From the NCBI GenBank assembly GCA_902565935.1, contig CACFGT010000004.1, positions 1,787-65,786 of the forward strand: a stretch of DNA of 64,000 nucleotides. Reading direction: 5' to 3'. This document shows, in pieces, positions 1 to 14,599 of the stretch. The notes under the pieces were generated by a model, which searched no databases, was not told the origin of the DNA, and worked only from the letters and a program-made list of their open reading frames with translations. The position numbers and the translations under genes were made by a program. Origin of the DNA: an uncultured Pelagibacteraceae bacterium. GTDB lineage: Bacteria; Pseudomonadota; Alphaproteobacteria; Pelagibacterales; Pelagibacteraceae. Every line of letters begins with the position of its first letter. Within the stretch, counting starts at the first letter, position 1.

Positions 1-149
1 AAAAATGTAATATTGTTGTATTTGATCGCCATGGCTACAAAAAAAAATCATTAAATTCATTATCATTTAAAACATTAAAAGGTAAAAATTTGAAATTTGT
101 TAAGTTTAATAAAGTCAATATTTCATCTTCTCAATTAAGAAAAATTTGA
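1..149 (+). CDS. nadD: 3' end of nicotinate-nucleotide adenylyltransferase (partial, runs off the window edge)
   Basis: The frame is open from nt 3 to TGA at 147-149. The translated tail ...NIVVFDRHGYKKK...KVNISSSQLRKI ends with the ISSxxxR motif typical of NadD C-termini. Placement directly upstream of rsfS is common. Confidence 0.5.
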   Translation, partial: KCNIVVFDRHGYKKKSLNSLSFKTLKGKNLKFVKFNKVNISSSQLRKI

Positions 150-167
150 TAATGTTTAGCATAATTA

Positions 168-518
168 ATGGACAAAATATCTGATCTAAAACGAATCATT
201 ATTAGCACTCTAGATACAAACAAAGCTCAAGATATAATAAGCATAGATTTAAAAGATAAAAGCTCTATGGCAGATTATATGATCATAGCTAGTGGAACTT
301 CCTCAAGACATATACAATCATTGTCAGAACAAGTACTTGAGAAATTGAAAGACAACGGGATTAAGAATTCTAAGATCGAAGGTAAAGATAGTAATGAATG
401 GAAATTGGTTGATGGAATTGATTTGATCATTCATATTTTTCATCCTGAGAAAAGAAAATTTTACGAACTAGAGAAAATTTGGTCTGAGTTAATTCCAAAA
501 GAGAAATTAATCATATGA
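168..518 (+). CDS. rsfS: ribosomal silencing factor RsfS (iojap family)
   Basis: 116-aa ORF with the typical RsfS core (DYMIIASGTSSRHIQSL...IDLIIHIFHPEKRKFYELEKIW). It overlaps the next gene by ATGA. Confidence 0.85.
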   Translation: MDKISDLKRIIISTLDTNKAQDIISIDLKDKSSMADYMIIASGTSSRHIQSLSEQVLEKLKDNGIKNSKIEGKDSNEWKLVDGIDLIIHIFHPEKRKFYELEKIWSELIPKEKLII

Positions 519-1651
519 GTAAAAGATTATTTGTAACAGCATTTATTATCAATTTTTTTTATTTTAGTTTTGCTTTTTCATCTGAAAATGAAATTTATAA
601 AAAAATAGATTTATTTGGAGAAGTGCTTGAAAAAATTAATAAAGAATATGTTGATGAAATAAACCAATCTGAAAGTATGGACTCAGCAATTAATGGTCTT
701 TTGCAATCTTTAGATCCATATTCTTCATATATGTCACCTGAAATTTATAATGAAATGCAAACTGAAACTAGTGGTGAATTTGGTGGTCTTGGAATTGAGG
801 TAAGTATGGAGTCTGGAGTTGTAAAAGTTATATCTCCGATTGATGATACTCCTGCATCTAAAGCTGGAATTAAAGCTGGAGATTACATTGTAAAAATTAA
901 TGATACTCAAGTACAAGGAAAATCTTTAACAGAGGCAGTGGAATTAATGAGAGGTCCAGTTGGATCTAGTATAAATTTAACAATTAGAAGAAGAGGAGAA
1001 AAAAAAGCACTTACATTCAATATCATAAGAGAAATAATACAAATAAAATCAGTCAAATCTGATTTATTAGAAAAAAATATTGGTTATATTCGATTAACTT
1101 CTTTTAACGAAAATAGTGGAAAACAAATTGAGAGAGAAATAAATAAATTAGAAAAAGATAAAAAGGTAAAAGCTTATATTTTAGATTTAAGAAATAATCC
1201 TGGTGGTCTGCTCTCTCAGGCAATTAGAATTTCAGATTTTTTTCTTGAAGATGGAGAAATTGTATCCACTAAAAGTAGAAAGACGTCTGAAAATAGAAAA
1301 TGGTTTGCAAAAAAAGGTGATCTCACAAATGGGAAAACTTTAGTGGTCTTAATTAACTATGGTTCAGCATCTGCGTCTGAAATTGTAGCTGGTGCTTTAA
1401 AAGATCATAAAAGAGCAATTCTTATAGGTGAAAATAGTTTTGGAAAAGGTTCAGTTCAATCAATAATTCCACTTAAAAATGAAGGCGCAATAAGAATCAC
1501 TGTTGCAAAATACTATTTGCCATCAGGGAAATCAATTTCACAGGTTGGCGTATCGCCAGATATAGAGGTTGATGAGGACTCTGATGACTTTCTAATAAAA
1601 ACTGAAACTGATAATCAATTAAATTACGCTATAAAACTTATTAACGGTTAA
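515..1651 (+). CDS. ctpA: carboxy-terminal processing protease (S41 family, PDZ domain)
   Basis: N-terminal hydrophobic signal/anchor, a PDZ-like segment (GGLGIEV...GDYIVKINDTQV), and the S41 catalytic Ser/Lys context (NYGSASASEIVAGAL ... SFGKGSVQ). Confidence 0.85.
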   Translation: MSKRLFVTAFIINFFYFSFAFSSENEIYKKIDLFGEVLEKINKEYVDEINQSESMDSAINGLLQSLDPYSSYMSPEIYNEMQTETSGEFGGLGIEVSMESGVVKVISPIDDTPASKAGIKAGDYIVKINDTQVQGKSLTEAVELMRGPVGSSINLTIRRRGEKKALTFNIIREIIQIKSVKSDLLEKNIGYIRLTSFNENSGKQIEREINKLEKDKKVKAYILDLRNNPGGLLSQAIRISDFFLEDGEIVSTKSRKTSENRKWFAKKGDLTNGKTLVVLINYGSASASEIVAGALKDHKRAILIGENSFGKGSVQSIIPLKNEGAIRITVAKYYLPSGKSISQVGVSPDIEVDEDSDDFLIKTETDNQLNYAIKLING

Positions 1652-1652
1652 A

Positions 1653-2121
1653 ATGGATAAAAAACTTCGAAATTTACCACTAAGAAGTGGTGTTGGAATT
1701 GTAATTTTGAATAAAGAAAACAAAATTTTTGTTGCAAAAAGAATTGATAATCCAAAAAACTTTTGGCAAATGCCTCAGGGGGGTGTAGATAAAGATGAAG
1801 ACTTTCTGTCAGCTGCTTTCAGGGAGTTAGAAGAAGAGACAAGTATTAAAGATGTAGAATTGATTAAAGAAATAGATGAAATACTTACCTATGAACTACC
1901 AAAACATTTACTTGGGATAATATGGAAAGGAAAATATAAAGGTCAAAAACAAAAATGGTTTATTATGAGATATTTGGGAACTGATGATAAAATAAATATT
2001 AATACGAAGAAACCTGAGTTTTTAGAATGGAAATGGATAGATTTAGATATGATCACAGAAGTTGTAGTAGATTTTAAACTTGAAGTTTATAAAAAATTAA
2101 AGTCTCAGATAAAAGAAATAA

Positions 2122-2129
<8 letters not shown>
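1653..2129 (+). CDS. rppH: RNA pyrophosphohydrolase (Nudix hydrolase)
   Basis: Nudix box GGVDKDEDFLSAAFRELEEETSI. The 158-aa size and WQMPQGG motif are typical of RppH/NudH. Confidence 0.8.
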
Positions 2130-4807
<2,678 letters not shown>

Positions 4808-4814
4808 AAATTTA

Positions 4815-6350
4815 TCAAGATTTAAAAGTTTTTTTTAAATTAGTTATTACCTCTATTAATATTTTTTCAGAATTTTCCTCTAGTTTACCTGAACTAAAAA
4901 TAGACTCTATAATTTCTGGTCTATCAGATTTGCATCTTTCAATGATTTTACTTTCAAAATCTGATATATCTTTTAATTCAATATCATCTAAATATCCTTT
5001 TACACCACAAAAAACTGAAATTACTTGCTCAGCAACTGTCATTGGAGTGTATTGTTTTTGTTTAAGAAGTTCCGTTAATTTTGATCCTCTATTTAAAAGC
5101 TGTTGTGTTGAAGCATCTAAATCAGAACCAAATTGAGCGAAAGCAGCCATCTCTCTATACTGAGCTAATTCAAGTTTCATTGAGCCTGAAACTTTTTTCA
5201 TAGCTTTTGTTTGAGCAGCAGATCCAACCCTAGAAACTGATAATCCAACATTAATCGCGGGTCTTATACCTTGATTAAATAACTCAGTTTCTAAAAAAAT
5301 CTGTCCGTCAGTTATTGAAATGACGTTGGTAGGAATATAAGCAGAGACGTCCCCACCTTGTGTTTCAATTATTGGCAGAGCTGTTAAAGAGCCGCCTCCA
5401 TGTTCATCACTTAATTTAGCAGCTCTCTCAAGCAATCTGCTATGAAGATAAAAAACATCACCAGGATATGCTTCTCTTCCTGGAGGTCTTCTAAGTATCA
5501 ATGACATTTGTCTGTAAGCCACTGCTTGTTTTGATAAATCATCATAGATAATTAAAGCATGCATTCCATTGTCCCTAAAATATTCACCCATCGCACAGCC
5601 AGTATATGGCGCTAAAAATTGCAATGGAGCTGAGTCAGATGCTGTTGCGGCAACAATAGTTGTATATTCCATTGCTCCAGCCTCTTCCAGTGTTTTTTGA
5701 ATTTGTCTAACAGTTGATCTTTTTTGTCCAACAGCTACGTATATACAATAAAGTTTTTGTTTTTCATCCCCGCTTTCATTAATTTTTTTTTGATTAATGA
5801 TTGCATCTATTGCAACTGCTGTTTTTCCAGTTTGTCTATCACCAATAATTAATTCTCTTTGTCCTCTACCAATTGGTACTAAACTATCAATCGATTTTAA
5901 GCCGGTTTGCATTGGTTCACTTACAGATTGTCTTGGAATTATTCCAGGAGCTTTTACTTCTACTCTGCTTTTTTTAATTCCCTTATCTAAAGCACCTTTT
6001 CCATCAATAGGGTTACCCAATCCATCAACAACTCTTCCCAATAATTCTTTACCAACTGGTGTATCAACAATACTACCTGTTCTTTTAACAACGTCACCTT
6101 CTTTTATGTTTCTGTCATCTCCAAAAATTACAACTCCAACATTTTCACTCTCTAAATTTAAAGCCATTCCTTTTGACCCATCAGAAAATTCAACCATTTC
6201 TCCAGCTTGAACATTATCCAAACCATAAATACGAGCAATACCATCACCTACAGATAAAACTTGTCCAACTTCAGAAATTTCAGCTTTTTCACCGAAATTT
6301 TTTATTTGTTCTTTTAAAATTTTTGTAACTTCTGAAGGATTAATTTCCAT
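4815..6350 (-). CDS. atpA: F1 ATP synthase alpha subunit
   Basis: Walker A GDRQTGKT, 511 aa, canonical alpha-subunit sequence. Confidence 0.97.
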   Translation of the reverse strand: MEINPSEVTKILKEQIKNFGEKAEISEVGQVLSVGDGIARIYGLDNVQAGEMVEFSDGSKGMALNLESENVGVVIFGDDRNIKEGDVVKRTGSIVDTPVGKELLGRVVDGLGNPIDGKGALDKGIKKSRVEVKAPGIIPRQSVSEPMQTGLKSIDSLVPIGRGQRELIIGDRQTGKTAVAIDAIINQKKINESGDEKQKLYCIYVAVGQKRSTVRQIQKTLEEAGAMEYTTIVAATASDSAPLQFLAPYTGCAMGEYFRDNGMHALIIYDDLSKQAVAYRQMSLILRRPPGREAYPGDVFYLHSRLLERAAKLSDEHGGGSLTALPIIETQGGDVSAYIPTNVISITDGQIFLETELFNQGIRPAINVGLSVSRVGSAAQTKAMKKVSGSMKLELAQYREMAAFAQFGSDLDASTQQLLNRGSKLTELLKQKQYTPMTVAEQVISVFCGVKGYLDDIELKDISDFESKIIERCKSDRPEIIESIFSSGKLEENSEKILIEVITNLKKTFKS

Positions 6351-6351
6351 A

Positions 6352-6909
6352 TTATGCCTCTATCATTCTATTTTCGATTTGTTGTAATTTGTTTTTAATA
6401 GAGGTATCAATCATCGTACTTCCTACTTGTACAACTAAACCTCCAATTAAACTTTTGTCGTGATTATAATTTAATTTTATCTTTGATTTAAAAGTATTAG
6501 ATAGTTCTTCTGTAATTTTATTGATCTCTTGCTGAGAAAGATCTTTGGCTGATTTGATTTCTGCTTTTAACTCTCCTTTTTTTTCAGAACAAATTTCATT
6601 AAAACTAATTAGTATTTGTTGAATATAAAAAAATCTTCTTTTTAGAATTAAAAAATTTAAAAAATTTTTAAATAAAGTCTCAAGATTAAAATTTTCAGAC
6701 ATTTTGTTCATAACATTTTTTAAAATTTCTTGACTTAAAGTAGGGTCTTTAATTAAATTTCTAAAATCTTTACTATTCGATATTAATTCTAGAAAACTAT
6801 TTGAATTTTCTTCAACTTTAGTTGTCAAACCAGCCTCAGAGGCAAGCTCATATAAAGCTAAAGAATACCTATTAGCAGACGTATCAGAAAATCCCTTGTT
6901 TTTACTCAA
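6352..6909 (-). CDS. atpH: F1 ATP synthase delta (OSCP) subunit
   Basis: 185 aa, first gene of the F1 operon. OSCP-like N-terminus ([12 protein letters not shown]) and C-terminus ([21 protein letters not shown]). The apparent start codon is TTG at 6909-6907. Confidence 0.85.
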   Translation of the reverse strand: MSKNKGFSDTSANRYSLALYELASEAGLTTKVEENSNSFLELISNSKDFRNLIKDPTLSQEILKNVMNKMSENFNLETLFKNFLNFLILKRRFFYIQQILISFNEICSEKKGELKAEIKSAKDLSQQEINKITEELSNTFKSKIKLNYNHDKSLIGGLVVQVGSTMIDTSIKNKLQQIENRMIEA

Positions 6910-6968
6910 TTTATAACCTTTAAATGTCTATGATTAATTTTAAAATCACGATTTAATTAACACATGCA

Positions 6969-6998
6969 ATTATAGTCTTCAAGCAACACATTAGCTAA
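6969..6998 (-). promoter_or_regulatory. candidate sigma70-type promoter for the atpHAGDC operon
   Basis: On the minus strand: TTAGCT (6998-6993), an 18-nt spacer, then TATAAT (6974-6969), about 60 nt upstream of the atpH start. Sequence pattern only. Confidence 0.25.
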
Positions 6999-7017
6999 AA
7001 ATTGTTTTTTTTGGCCT

Positions 7018-8973
7018 TTAATTGAAGCTTATTGGATCAACATCAACTGAAAGTTTTATTCCAGACAAAAATTTAAATTTTGGAATAATATTAGCTAAAG
7101 AGTTTTGTAATTTTAGAGTTTTAGGTCCTCTAATTAATAATCTTATACGAAATTTTTTCTTTAATCTAAAAATAGGTGCACTCACCGGGCCTAAAATTTT
7201 CCCATTAATCTTATTTTCTATAAAACCTTTAAAACGTAAAGCTTCTTTCTCTAATTTATTTTCATTTTCACCTGTTAAAATTAGAGATATAAATCTTTGA
7301 AATGGTGGAAGATTGTTTTGTTTTCTAATTTCTACTTCTTTATCTAAAAAAATACTAGGATTTTCATTTGTGATATCAGATATCATTTTTGTGTTAGTAT
7401 TATAAGTCTGAAAATAAACAGTAGATGGCTGACCTGTTCGTCCAGCTCTCCCAGATAATTGATGATATAATTGTAAATTTTTTTCTGCAACCCTTAGATC
7501 ATGTCCGTTAGATGACAAATCAATGTCAACAACAACAATACAATTTAAATTAGGGAAATGAAATCCTTTTGAAATTAATTGGGTTCCAATCAAAATGTCA
7601 ATCTCACTATTTATTATTTTTTCGAGTTTTTCTTTTGAACTTTTCTTATTCATTGTATCGCTTGAAAAAATTTCAATTTTTTTCAGTGGAAAAATTTTTT
7701 TCACTTCCTCTGAAATTCTTTCAACCCCAGGTCCGCTAAATATGAATTGACAATTTCCATCTTTTACACAACTTCTATTTAGAGAAGTTTTAAATCCACA
7801 ATAATGACATAGTAAGTAATTCTTATTCCTATGGTAAACCAAATTTATTGAGCAGTTAGGACAAGAAAATTTATTAAAACATTTTTTACAAAAAACATTT
7901 GGTGAAAATCCTCTTCTATTCAAAAAAAATAAAACCTGGTTTTTTTTATCTAAATGATAATTAACTTTTTGAATAATTTCATTTGAAAGCCAAGATTGTT
8001 TTTCAAGTTTCGCGTTATTCATATTTATAATTTCGTAATTTGGTAATGATGCGTTTTGATATCTTTTTTTGAGTTTTGAAATTTTGTATTTACTCTTTTT
8101 TATATTTTCATAAGTTTCAACTGATGGAACTGCTGTAATTAAATTTATTGGAATATTTTCAAATGAGGCTCTAGATATTGCCATATCTCTTGCATTATAT
8201 ATTATTCCTTCATCTTGTTTGTATGATTGATCATGTTCTTCATCAATTATAATTAGTCCTAGATTTGTAAATGGTAAAAACAATGATGATCTTGCACCAA
8301 TCACAACCTTTATTTTTTTGGAAATTATTCCGCTCCAAATAATTTCTTTATTTTTTTTTGTAATTCCGGAATGCCAAATTGCTGGTTTAAAACCAAAGAA
8401 TTCAATAAATTTATTTTCAAACTGACTTGTTAAACCTATCTCAGGTAGTAAAATTAAACCCTGATAGTTTTTTTCCAATACTTTTTTTAAAGCTTCAAAA
8501 TAAACAATTGTTTTACCTGACCCAGTGGTACCCTGCAAAACATGAACATTAAATTTTTTATTTGAAAGATTTATTTGATCTAAAGCTTTTTTTTGTTCTA
8601 AAGTTAATTTAATCGAGTTTTTTTTAAATTTTAAATCAAAATTTTGATAGAATTTTTCTTCTAAAAGTCCAACCGGTTTGCCACCTAACAACACTAACTT
8701 TAAAGCCATTCCTTTAGGCACAATATTATAATTAGAAAACCAATTTAAAAATTTTAATGTATTTTTTTTTAAACTTGGAATTTCTAATTTTCGAATTATC
8801 TTTTTGATTTCAAAATTTTTATTATTTTTCTTTTCAAATTCATTCCATACTACACCAATTGATTTAGATTTACCAAATGGAACTTCTACAAAATCTCCAA
8901 TTTGTAATTTAAGATCACTTTCATAGGTAAAAGGATAATTAAATATATTAGGTATAAGAATCGGAAATTTCAT
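7018..8973 (-). CDS. priA: primosomal replication restart helicase PriA
   Basis: Walker A GTTGSGKT, DEEH box (IIIDEEHD), and the Cys-rich zinc-binding insert CKKCFNKFSCPNCSINLVYHRNKNYLLCHYCG. 651 aa. Confidence 0.9.
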   Translation of the reverse strand: MKFPILIPNIFNYPFTYESDLKLQIGDFVEVPFGKSKSIGVVWNEFEKKNNKNFEIKKIIRKLEIPSLKKNTLKFLNWFSNYNIVPKGMALKLVLLGGKPVGLLEEKFYQNFDLKFKKNSIKLTLEQKKALDQINLSNKKFNVHVLQGTTGSGKTIVYFEALKKVLEKNYQGLILLPEIGLTSQFENKFIEFFGFKPAIWHSGITKKNKEIIWSGIISKKIKVVIGARSSLFLPFTNLGLIIIDEEHDQSYKQDEGIIYNARDMAISRASFENIPINLITAVPSVETYENIKKSKYKISKLKKRYQNASLPNYEIINMNNAKLEKQSWLSNEIIQKVNYHLDKKNQVLFFLNRRGFSPNVFCKKCFNKFSCPNCSINLVYHRNKNYLLCHYCGFKTSLNRSCVKDGNCQFIFSGPGVERISEEVKKIFPLKKIEIFSSDTMNKKSSKEKLEKIINSEIDILIGTQLISKGFHFPNLNCIVVVDIDLSSNGHDLRVAEKNLQLYHQLSGRAGRTGQPSTVYFQTYNTNTKMISDITNENPSIFLDKEVEIRKQNNLPPFQRFISLILTGENENKLEKEALRFKGFIENKINGKILGPVSAPIFRLKKKFRIRLLIRGPKTLKLQNSLANIIPKFKFLSGIKLSVDVDPISFN

Positions 8974-9014
8974 TTTTTGGATATTAAGATATACTTAGAA
9001 ATTCTAAAATATAC

Positions 9015-10415
9015 TTAAGAGTGTATTGCTCTTTTATCAACAGACAGTGCTGCTTCTTTAACAGCTTCAGAAAAAGTAGGGTGAGCATGGCAAGTTCTAG
9101 CTATATCTTCTGAACTTGCACCAAACTCCATTGCAATACCAATTTCGGCGATCAATTCTCCAGCATGAGGACCTATTAAATGAGCACCTAACACCTTATC
9201 AGTTTTTTCATCTGCTAAGATCTTCACAAAACCCTCAGCATCATCTATAGCTTTTGCTCTAGAATTTGCCATAAATGAAAATTTACCAATTTTATATTGG
9301 ATATTTTTTTCCTTTAATTGCTCTTCAGTTTTTCCGATAGAAGCCACCTCTGGTGTTGTATAAATAACACCTGGTATCGTATCATAATTTACATGACCTG
9401 ATTGGCCTGCAATATTTTCTGCAACTGCAATTCCTTCATCCTCTGCTTTATGAGCAAGCATTGGTCCTGATATTACATCTCCAATAGCATAAATATTATC
9501 TAAATTTGTTTGAAAAGCTTTACTAGTTTTAATTCTATTTTTTTCATCAATCTTCACACCAATTTTTTCCAAATTTAATCCATTAGTATTGGGTTTTCTT
9601 CCGACAGAAATCAGAACAACATCGCACTCAAAATCTTTTTTATTTCCATCTTTGTCAGATGTTGAAACAACCGCACCTAATTCATTTTTTGTTACTTTTT
9701 CGACTTTGTGCTGTAAATGAAATTTAATCCCTTGCTTTTTGAGAATTTTCATGAACTCTTGTGAAATTTCTTTATCCATTCCTGGAGTTATGTGATCTAA
9801 AAACTCAACAACATGCACTTCTGCTCCAAGACGAGACCAAACAGATCCCATTTCTAAACCAATATATCCACCACCTACAACAACCATTTTTTGTGGTACT
9901 TTTTCTAAGTTTAAAGCACCTGTAGATGAGACAATAATTTTTTCATCAAAATCAATTTTTGGTAAAGATACAGGAAGAGATCCAGTAGCAATTATTACTT
10001 TTTCAGCTTGAATAATTGTTTCTTTATTTTTGTCATCTCTGATTATAATTTCTTTTTTTGATTTAAAACTTCCAGTTCCTTTAAAATAAGTTACTTTGTT
10101 TTTTTTTAATAAAAATTCCACACCCTTAGTGAGAACTGTAACTGCCTTTTCTTTACTTTTCATCATTTTTGGTAAATTCAATTTTACGTCACCAACTTCA
10201 ATGCCTTTATTCGATAAATTTTTTACTTTACTAAATTCTTCTGACAAATTTAATAAACTTTTTGATGGAATACATCCAATATTTAAACAAGTGCCTCCTA
10301 GAGAACCCCTAGACTCTATACATGCAGTATTAAGACCCAATTGAGCAAGCCTGATGGCACAAACATAACCTCCAGGACCACCACCAATAACAACTGCTTG
10401 AAATTTATCTGACAT
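9015..10415 (-). CDS. lpdA: dihydrolipoyl dehydrogenase (E3)
   Basis: FAD motif GGGPGGY, redox-active disulfide GGTCLNIGCIPSK, C-terminal HAHPTFSE. It lies downstream of sucAB. Confidence 0.93.
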   Translation of the reverse strand: MSDKFQAVVIGGGPGGYVCAIRLAQLGLNTACIESRGSLGGTCLNIGCIPSKSLLNLSEEFSKVKNLSNKGIEVGDVKLNLPKMMKSKEKAVTVLTKGVEFLLKKNKVTYFKGTGSFKSKKEIIIRDDKNKETIIQAEKVIIATGSLPVSLPKIDFDEKIIVSSTGALNLEKVPQKMVVVGGGYIGLEMGSVWSRLGAEVHVVEFLDHITPGMDKEISQEFMKILKKQGIKFHLQHKVEKVTKNELGAVVSTSDKDGNKKDFECDVVLISVGRKPNTNGLNLEKIGVKIDEKNRIKTSKAFQTNLDNIYAIGDVISGPMLAHKAEDEGIAVAENIAGQSGHVNYDTIPGVIYTTPEVASIGKTEEQLKEKNIQYKIGKFSFMANSRAKAIDDAEGFVKILADEKTDKVLGAHLIGPHAGELIAEIGIAMEFGASSEDIARTCHAHPTFSEAVKEAALSVDKRAIHS

Positions 10416-11692
10416 TATATATCTAAAAATAACCTTCTTGGTTCCTCTAAATTTTCTTTAACCATCTTTAAAAATGAGACAGACTCTTTTCCATCTATAA
10501 TTCTATGATCATAAGAAAGCGCTAAATACATAATTGGTCGTATTTTTATTTCACCATTGACTACAACTGGTCTATCAACAATGTTATGCATCCCTAAAAC
10601 ACCTGATTGAGGCAAATTTAATATTGGTGTTGAAAGCATTGAGCCATAAACACCACCATTGCTAATAGTAAAAGTTCCACCTTGAAGATCTTCAATTGTT
10701 AATTTCCCATCCCTAGCTTTTTCTGAAATTTCTTTAATATTTTTTTCTATGTCTGCGAAAGATAATTCGTCAGCATTTTTAAGGACCGGAACTACAAGAC
10801 CCTTATCAGTACCAACCGCAAAACTAATATTATAATAATTTTTATAAACAATTGTATCGCCTTCAATTTCAGCGTTAACAGCTGGAAAATTTTTCAGTGC
10901 AACTACACAAGCTTTAACAAAAAATGACATAAACCCTAATTTAATGCCGTATCTATTTTGAAAATCCTCCTGGTTATCTTTCCTCATGTTCATCACATTC
11001 GACATATCAACTTCATTGAAAGTTGTAAGTAAGGCAGCATTTTCTTGAGCTTGTTTTAATCTTTTTGCTATTGTTTGTCTAAGTCTGGTCATTTTAATTC
11101 TTTCCTCTTGACCATATTTAATCTTTCTTTCAGAAGGAGGTGGATTTACACCCATAAGATTAATCAAATCTCCTTTTAAAACTCTTCCATCTTTACCTGA
11201 GCCCTTTACTGAGTTAATATCAATATTATTTTCAGCAACAATTTTTCTAACAGCAGGAGATAAGGTTTCTTGTTCACCTTGTTTTTCTAATTCATCTTCT
11301 TCTTTTAACTCATCAGTTAATACTAGCGGTTGCTCTTGGGGTTTTTCCTCATCAATTATTGGTTCTTTCTTCTTTTCCTCTAAAACAATAACATTCTCTT
11401 TTTTCTTGGTAGGTTTAATTTTTTTAATAATATGGTCTTTAGGTGAGCCTGAACCATTTTCAGATACTGAACCTAGAAGAGCCCCAACCTCTACTACTGA
11501 ACCATCTTTTGAAATGATTTCAGTTAGAACTCCTGAAATAGGGGAAGGCACCTCTAAATTTACTTTGTCTGTTTCAAGCTCGACAATTGGCTCGTCAACT
11601 TCCACATTATCACCTTCTTTTTTTAACCACTTTGAGACAGTTGCTTCAGTGATACTTTCACCCAATACTGGAACGACAATTTTTTCAATCAT
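10415..11692 (-). CDS. sucB: dihydrolipoamide succinyltransferase (E2 of 2-oxoglutarate dehydrogenase)
   Basis: Lipoyl-attachment motif ELETDKV, a Pro/Glu/Lys-rich linker, and the catalytic motif SYDHRIIDG. Confidence 0.93.
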   Translation of the reverse strand: MIEKIVVPVLGESITEATVSKWLKKEGDNVEVDEPIVELETDKVNLEVPSPISGVLTEIISKDGSVVEVGALLGSVSENGSGSPKDHIIKKIKPTKKKENVIVLEEKKKEPIIDEEKPQEQPLVLTDELKEEDELEKQGEQETLSPAVRKIVAENNIDINSVKGSGKDGRVLKGDLINLMGVNPPPSERKIKYGQEERIKMTRLRQTIAKRLKQAQENAALLTTFNEVDMSNVMNMRKDNQEDFQNRYGIKLGFMSFFVKACVVALKNFPAVNAEIEGDTIVYKNYYNISFAVGTDKGLVVPVLKNADELSFADIEKNIKEISEKARDGKLTIEDLQGGTFTISNGGVYGSMLSTPILNLPQSGVLGMHNIVDRPVVVNGEIKIRPIMYLALSYDHRIIDGKESVSFLKMVKENLEEPRRLFLDI

Positions 11693-14566
11693 TTACTCAA
11701 AAACTTTCTCTATTATTTCTTTTTGTTGAGAAATATGCCTTTTTACATATCCAGTTGCCGGAGATGCGTCTGGGCTTCTTCCAATATAAGAAATCTTATT
11801 ATTATTAGCCTTAATACTATCCAATGTCCATTGTATATAATCTCTTACAGAGAACCATGCGCCCATATTTTTTGGCTCTTCTTGGCACCAATAAAATTCA
11901 GCATTTTTAGCATATGGTTTCAATTCTTGTACAAGACTTTTAGCTGGAAATGGATAAAGTTGTTCAATTCTAAAAAATATAATGTCATCTACTTTCTTAT
12001 TTTCTCTCGCTTCTAAAAGGTCAAAGTAAATTTTTCCTGAACATAAAATTACTTTTCTTATTTTTTTTGATTTTTTAAGTTTTATAAAACCACTCACTTG
12101 TGGGTCAACAGCATGATCCCATAAAACTCTGTGAAATGAATTTTTTTTACTAAAATCTTTAAGACTAGATACACAGTACTTATGCCGTAACAAAGACTTA
12201 GGTGTCATAATAATTAGTGGTTTTCTAAAATCTCTGTGCATCTGTCTTCTTAAAGCATGGAAATAATTAGCTGGAGTTGTACAGTTCATTACTTGCAAAT
12301 TATCATTGGAACATAGTTGCAAAAATCTCTCTAATCTTGCAGATGAATGTTCAGGTCCTTGACCTTCATATCCGTGTGGTAAAAGCATGACTAAACCGGA
12401 TGCTCTAGACCATTTTCGCTCACCTGATGCAATGAATTGATCAATTACGACTTGTGCACCATTAGCAAAATCTCCAAATTGTGCTTCCCAAAGAGTTAAA
12501 GTATTTGGTTCAACTAAACTATATCCATACTCAAATCCTAAAACTGCAAGCTCTGATAAAAAACTATCTACTACTTCAAATTTTTTTTGATTATTTGATA
12601 TATTATTTAAAGGAATGTATCTGGAATTATCTAATTGATTACGTAAAACAGAATGTCTCTGACTAAAAGTACCTCTACCAGAGTCTTGGCCAACTAATCT
12701 AACTGGGTACCCTTCCTCCAAAAGAGATCCAAAAGCTAAAGCTTCCGCACTTGACCAATCAATATCTTCACCTTTTTCAATACAAATTCTTCTATTTTCT
12801 AAAATTTTTGAAATAGTTTTATGTATATTTACATCCTTAGGAATTGAGTTTATTTGATTTGAAATATTCGTTAATATTTTTATATCTGCGCCTGTCACAC
12901 CTCTTTTATCTTTACCTCTTTCGGGCTTATATCTAGACCAAGTACCTTCAAACCATTCAATTTTAGGTTTATAATCTTTAGCAGTTTTAAATTGCTCATC
13001 TAACAAATCTTTGAATTGCTTAATTGAATTATCTAAAAAACTTTTAGTTATTGATCCTTCATTTATTAATTTTTTTCCATATACTTTTATCGATGATGGA
13101 TGAGATCTTATTTTTTTATACATTAAAGGCTGAGTGAATGATGGCTCATCTCCTTCATTATGTCCAAATCTTCTGTAACAAATTAAATCTATGACTACAT
13201 CTCTATTAAATTTTAATCTGAAATCAGTTGCAATCCTTGCTGCATATACAACTGCTTCAGGATCGTCACCATTAACATGAATTATTGGGGCCTCTACCAT
13301 TTTTGAAATATCTGATGGATAAGGCGAAGATCTAGCGAATCTAGGACTTGTTGTAAAACCAATTTGATTATTTACTATGATATGAATAGTACCACCAGTA
13401 TTATGGCCTGGTAATCCTGACATTGCAAAACACTCTGCTACAACTCCTTGTCCAGCAAAAGCTGCATCACCATGAATTAAAATTGGTATTACTTTTTTTC
13501 TTTCTTTATCTTTATGAAAGAATTGTTTAGCTCTAGTTTGTCCAAGTACAACTGGGTTAACAGCTTCCAAATGCGAGGGGTTATCTGTCAAACTTACATG
13601 GACTGAATTTCCATCGAATTCTCTATCAGATGATGCTCCTAAATGATATTTTACGTCTCCAGCACCATCTTCTGAGGAGCTAATTTCACCCGCAAATTCA
13701 TTGAAAATTCTTTTATAAGATTTTTGCAATACATTTGCTAAAACATTCAGTCTTCCTCTATGAGACATTCCGATTTTGACTTCTTTCACTTTTGATTGTC
13801 CACCAATTTTTATTATTTGCTCTAACGCAGGAATTAAACTTTCACCGCCGTCAAGTCCAAATCTTTTAGTACCAACATATTTTGTATGCAAAAATTTCTC
13901 AAAACCCTCGGCCTGGATCAACTTATTTAAAATTGCTTCTTTACCATTTTGTGTAAATTTAAAATCGTCAGCTTTTTCTACTCTATCTCTGAACCATTTT
14001 CTCTCTGTTGGATTAGATATATGCATATATTCAAAACCAAGGGGTCCACAATATTTCGTTTTTAAAAAATTTAGTATTTCTTTTATGTTTGAGTATTCCT
14101 TATTAATAACTCCATTTAAAAAAATTTTTTTGTCATATGCCTCTTTTTTAAAACCATAAGACTCTGGGTGTAACTCATCTAAATATTCTGTTTGCATCAT
14201 TCCTAAGGGATCTAATTTCGCAATCAGGTGTCCTCTTTGCCTATACGACCTGATCATCGCTACAGCTTTTATTGAATTAGCGTTTGATTTAATTATTTCT
14301 AACTCATTGGTTTCAATATTTTTATCAATTTTATCATGAAATTTTTTTAATGAAGCTTTATTTTTTTTTGGGTTCCAGGATGGCCCATTAATTTCTTTAA
14401 TGATAATATCTGCCTCATCTCCTATTTCATTAAAGTATTCTTTCCAACTCTTGGGTAAATTAGGATCATTATTTAAATACTGCAAGTACATTTGCTCAAT
14501 AAACGCACTATTTGATTTACTTAAAAATCCTGATTTTTCAAATTCTAAATTTTTAGAAGAAGACAT
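11693..14566 (-). CDS. sucA: 2-oxoglutarate dehydrogenase E1 component
   Basis: 957 aa. Typical E1o segments (RQRGHLIAKLDPLG, HGDAAFAGQGVV, LLPHGYEGQGPEHSSARLERFLQL). Confidence 0.95.
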   Translation of the reverse strand: MSSSKNLEFEKSGFLSKSNSAFIEQMYLQYLNNDPNLPKSWKEYFNEIGDEADIIIKEINGPSWNPKKNKASLKKFHDKIDKNIETNELEIIKSNANSIKAVAMIRSYRQRGHLIAKLDPLGMMQTEYLDELHPESYGFKKEAYDKKIFLNGVINKEYSNIKEILNFLKTKYCGPLGFEYMHISNPTERKWFRDRVEKADDFKFTQNGKEAILNKLIQAEGFEKFLHTKYVGTKRFGLDGGESLIPALEQIIKIGGQSKVKEVKIGMSHRGRLNVLANVLQKSYKRIFNEFAGEISSSEDGAGDVKYHLGASSDREFDGNSVHVSLTDNPSHLEAVNPVVLGQTRAKQFFHKDKERKKVIPILIHGDAAFAGQGVVAECFAMSGLPGHNTGGTIHIIVNNQIGFTTSPRFARSSPYPSDISKMVEAPIIHVNGDDPEAVVYAARIATDFRLKFNRDVVIDLICYRRFGHNEGDEPSFTQPLMYKKIRSHPSSIKVYGKKLINEGSITKSFLDNSIKQFKDLLDEQFKTAKDYKPKIEWFEGTWSRYKPERGKDKRGVTGADIKILTNISNQINSIPKDVNIHKTISKILENRRICIEKGEDIDWSSAEALAFGSLLEEGYPVRLVGQDSGRGTFSQRHSVLRNQLDNSRYIPLNNISNNQKKFEVVDSFLSELAVLGFEYGYSLVEPNTLTLWEAQFGDFANGAQVVIDQFIASGERKWSRASGLVMLLPHGYEGQGPEHSSARLERFLQLCSNDNLQVMNCTTPANYFHALRRQMHRDFRKPLIIMTPKSLLRHKYCVSSLKDFSKKNSFHRVLWDHAVDPQVSGFIKLKKSKKIRKVILCSGKIYFDLLEARENKKVDDIIFFRIEQLYPFPAKSLVQELKPYAKNAEFYWCQEEPKNMGAWFSVRDYIQWTLDSIKANNNKISYIGRSPDASPATGYVKRHISQQKEIIEKVFE

Positions 14567-14599
14567 TTTTTAAACAATATAAACTTAGAAAAGATTTTT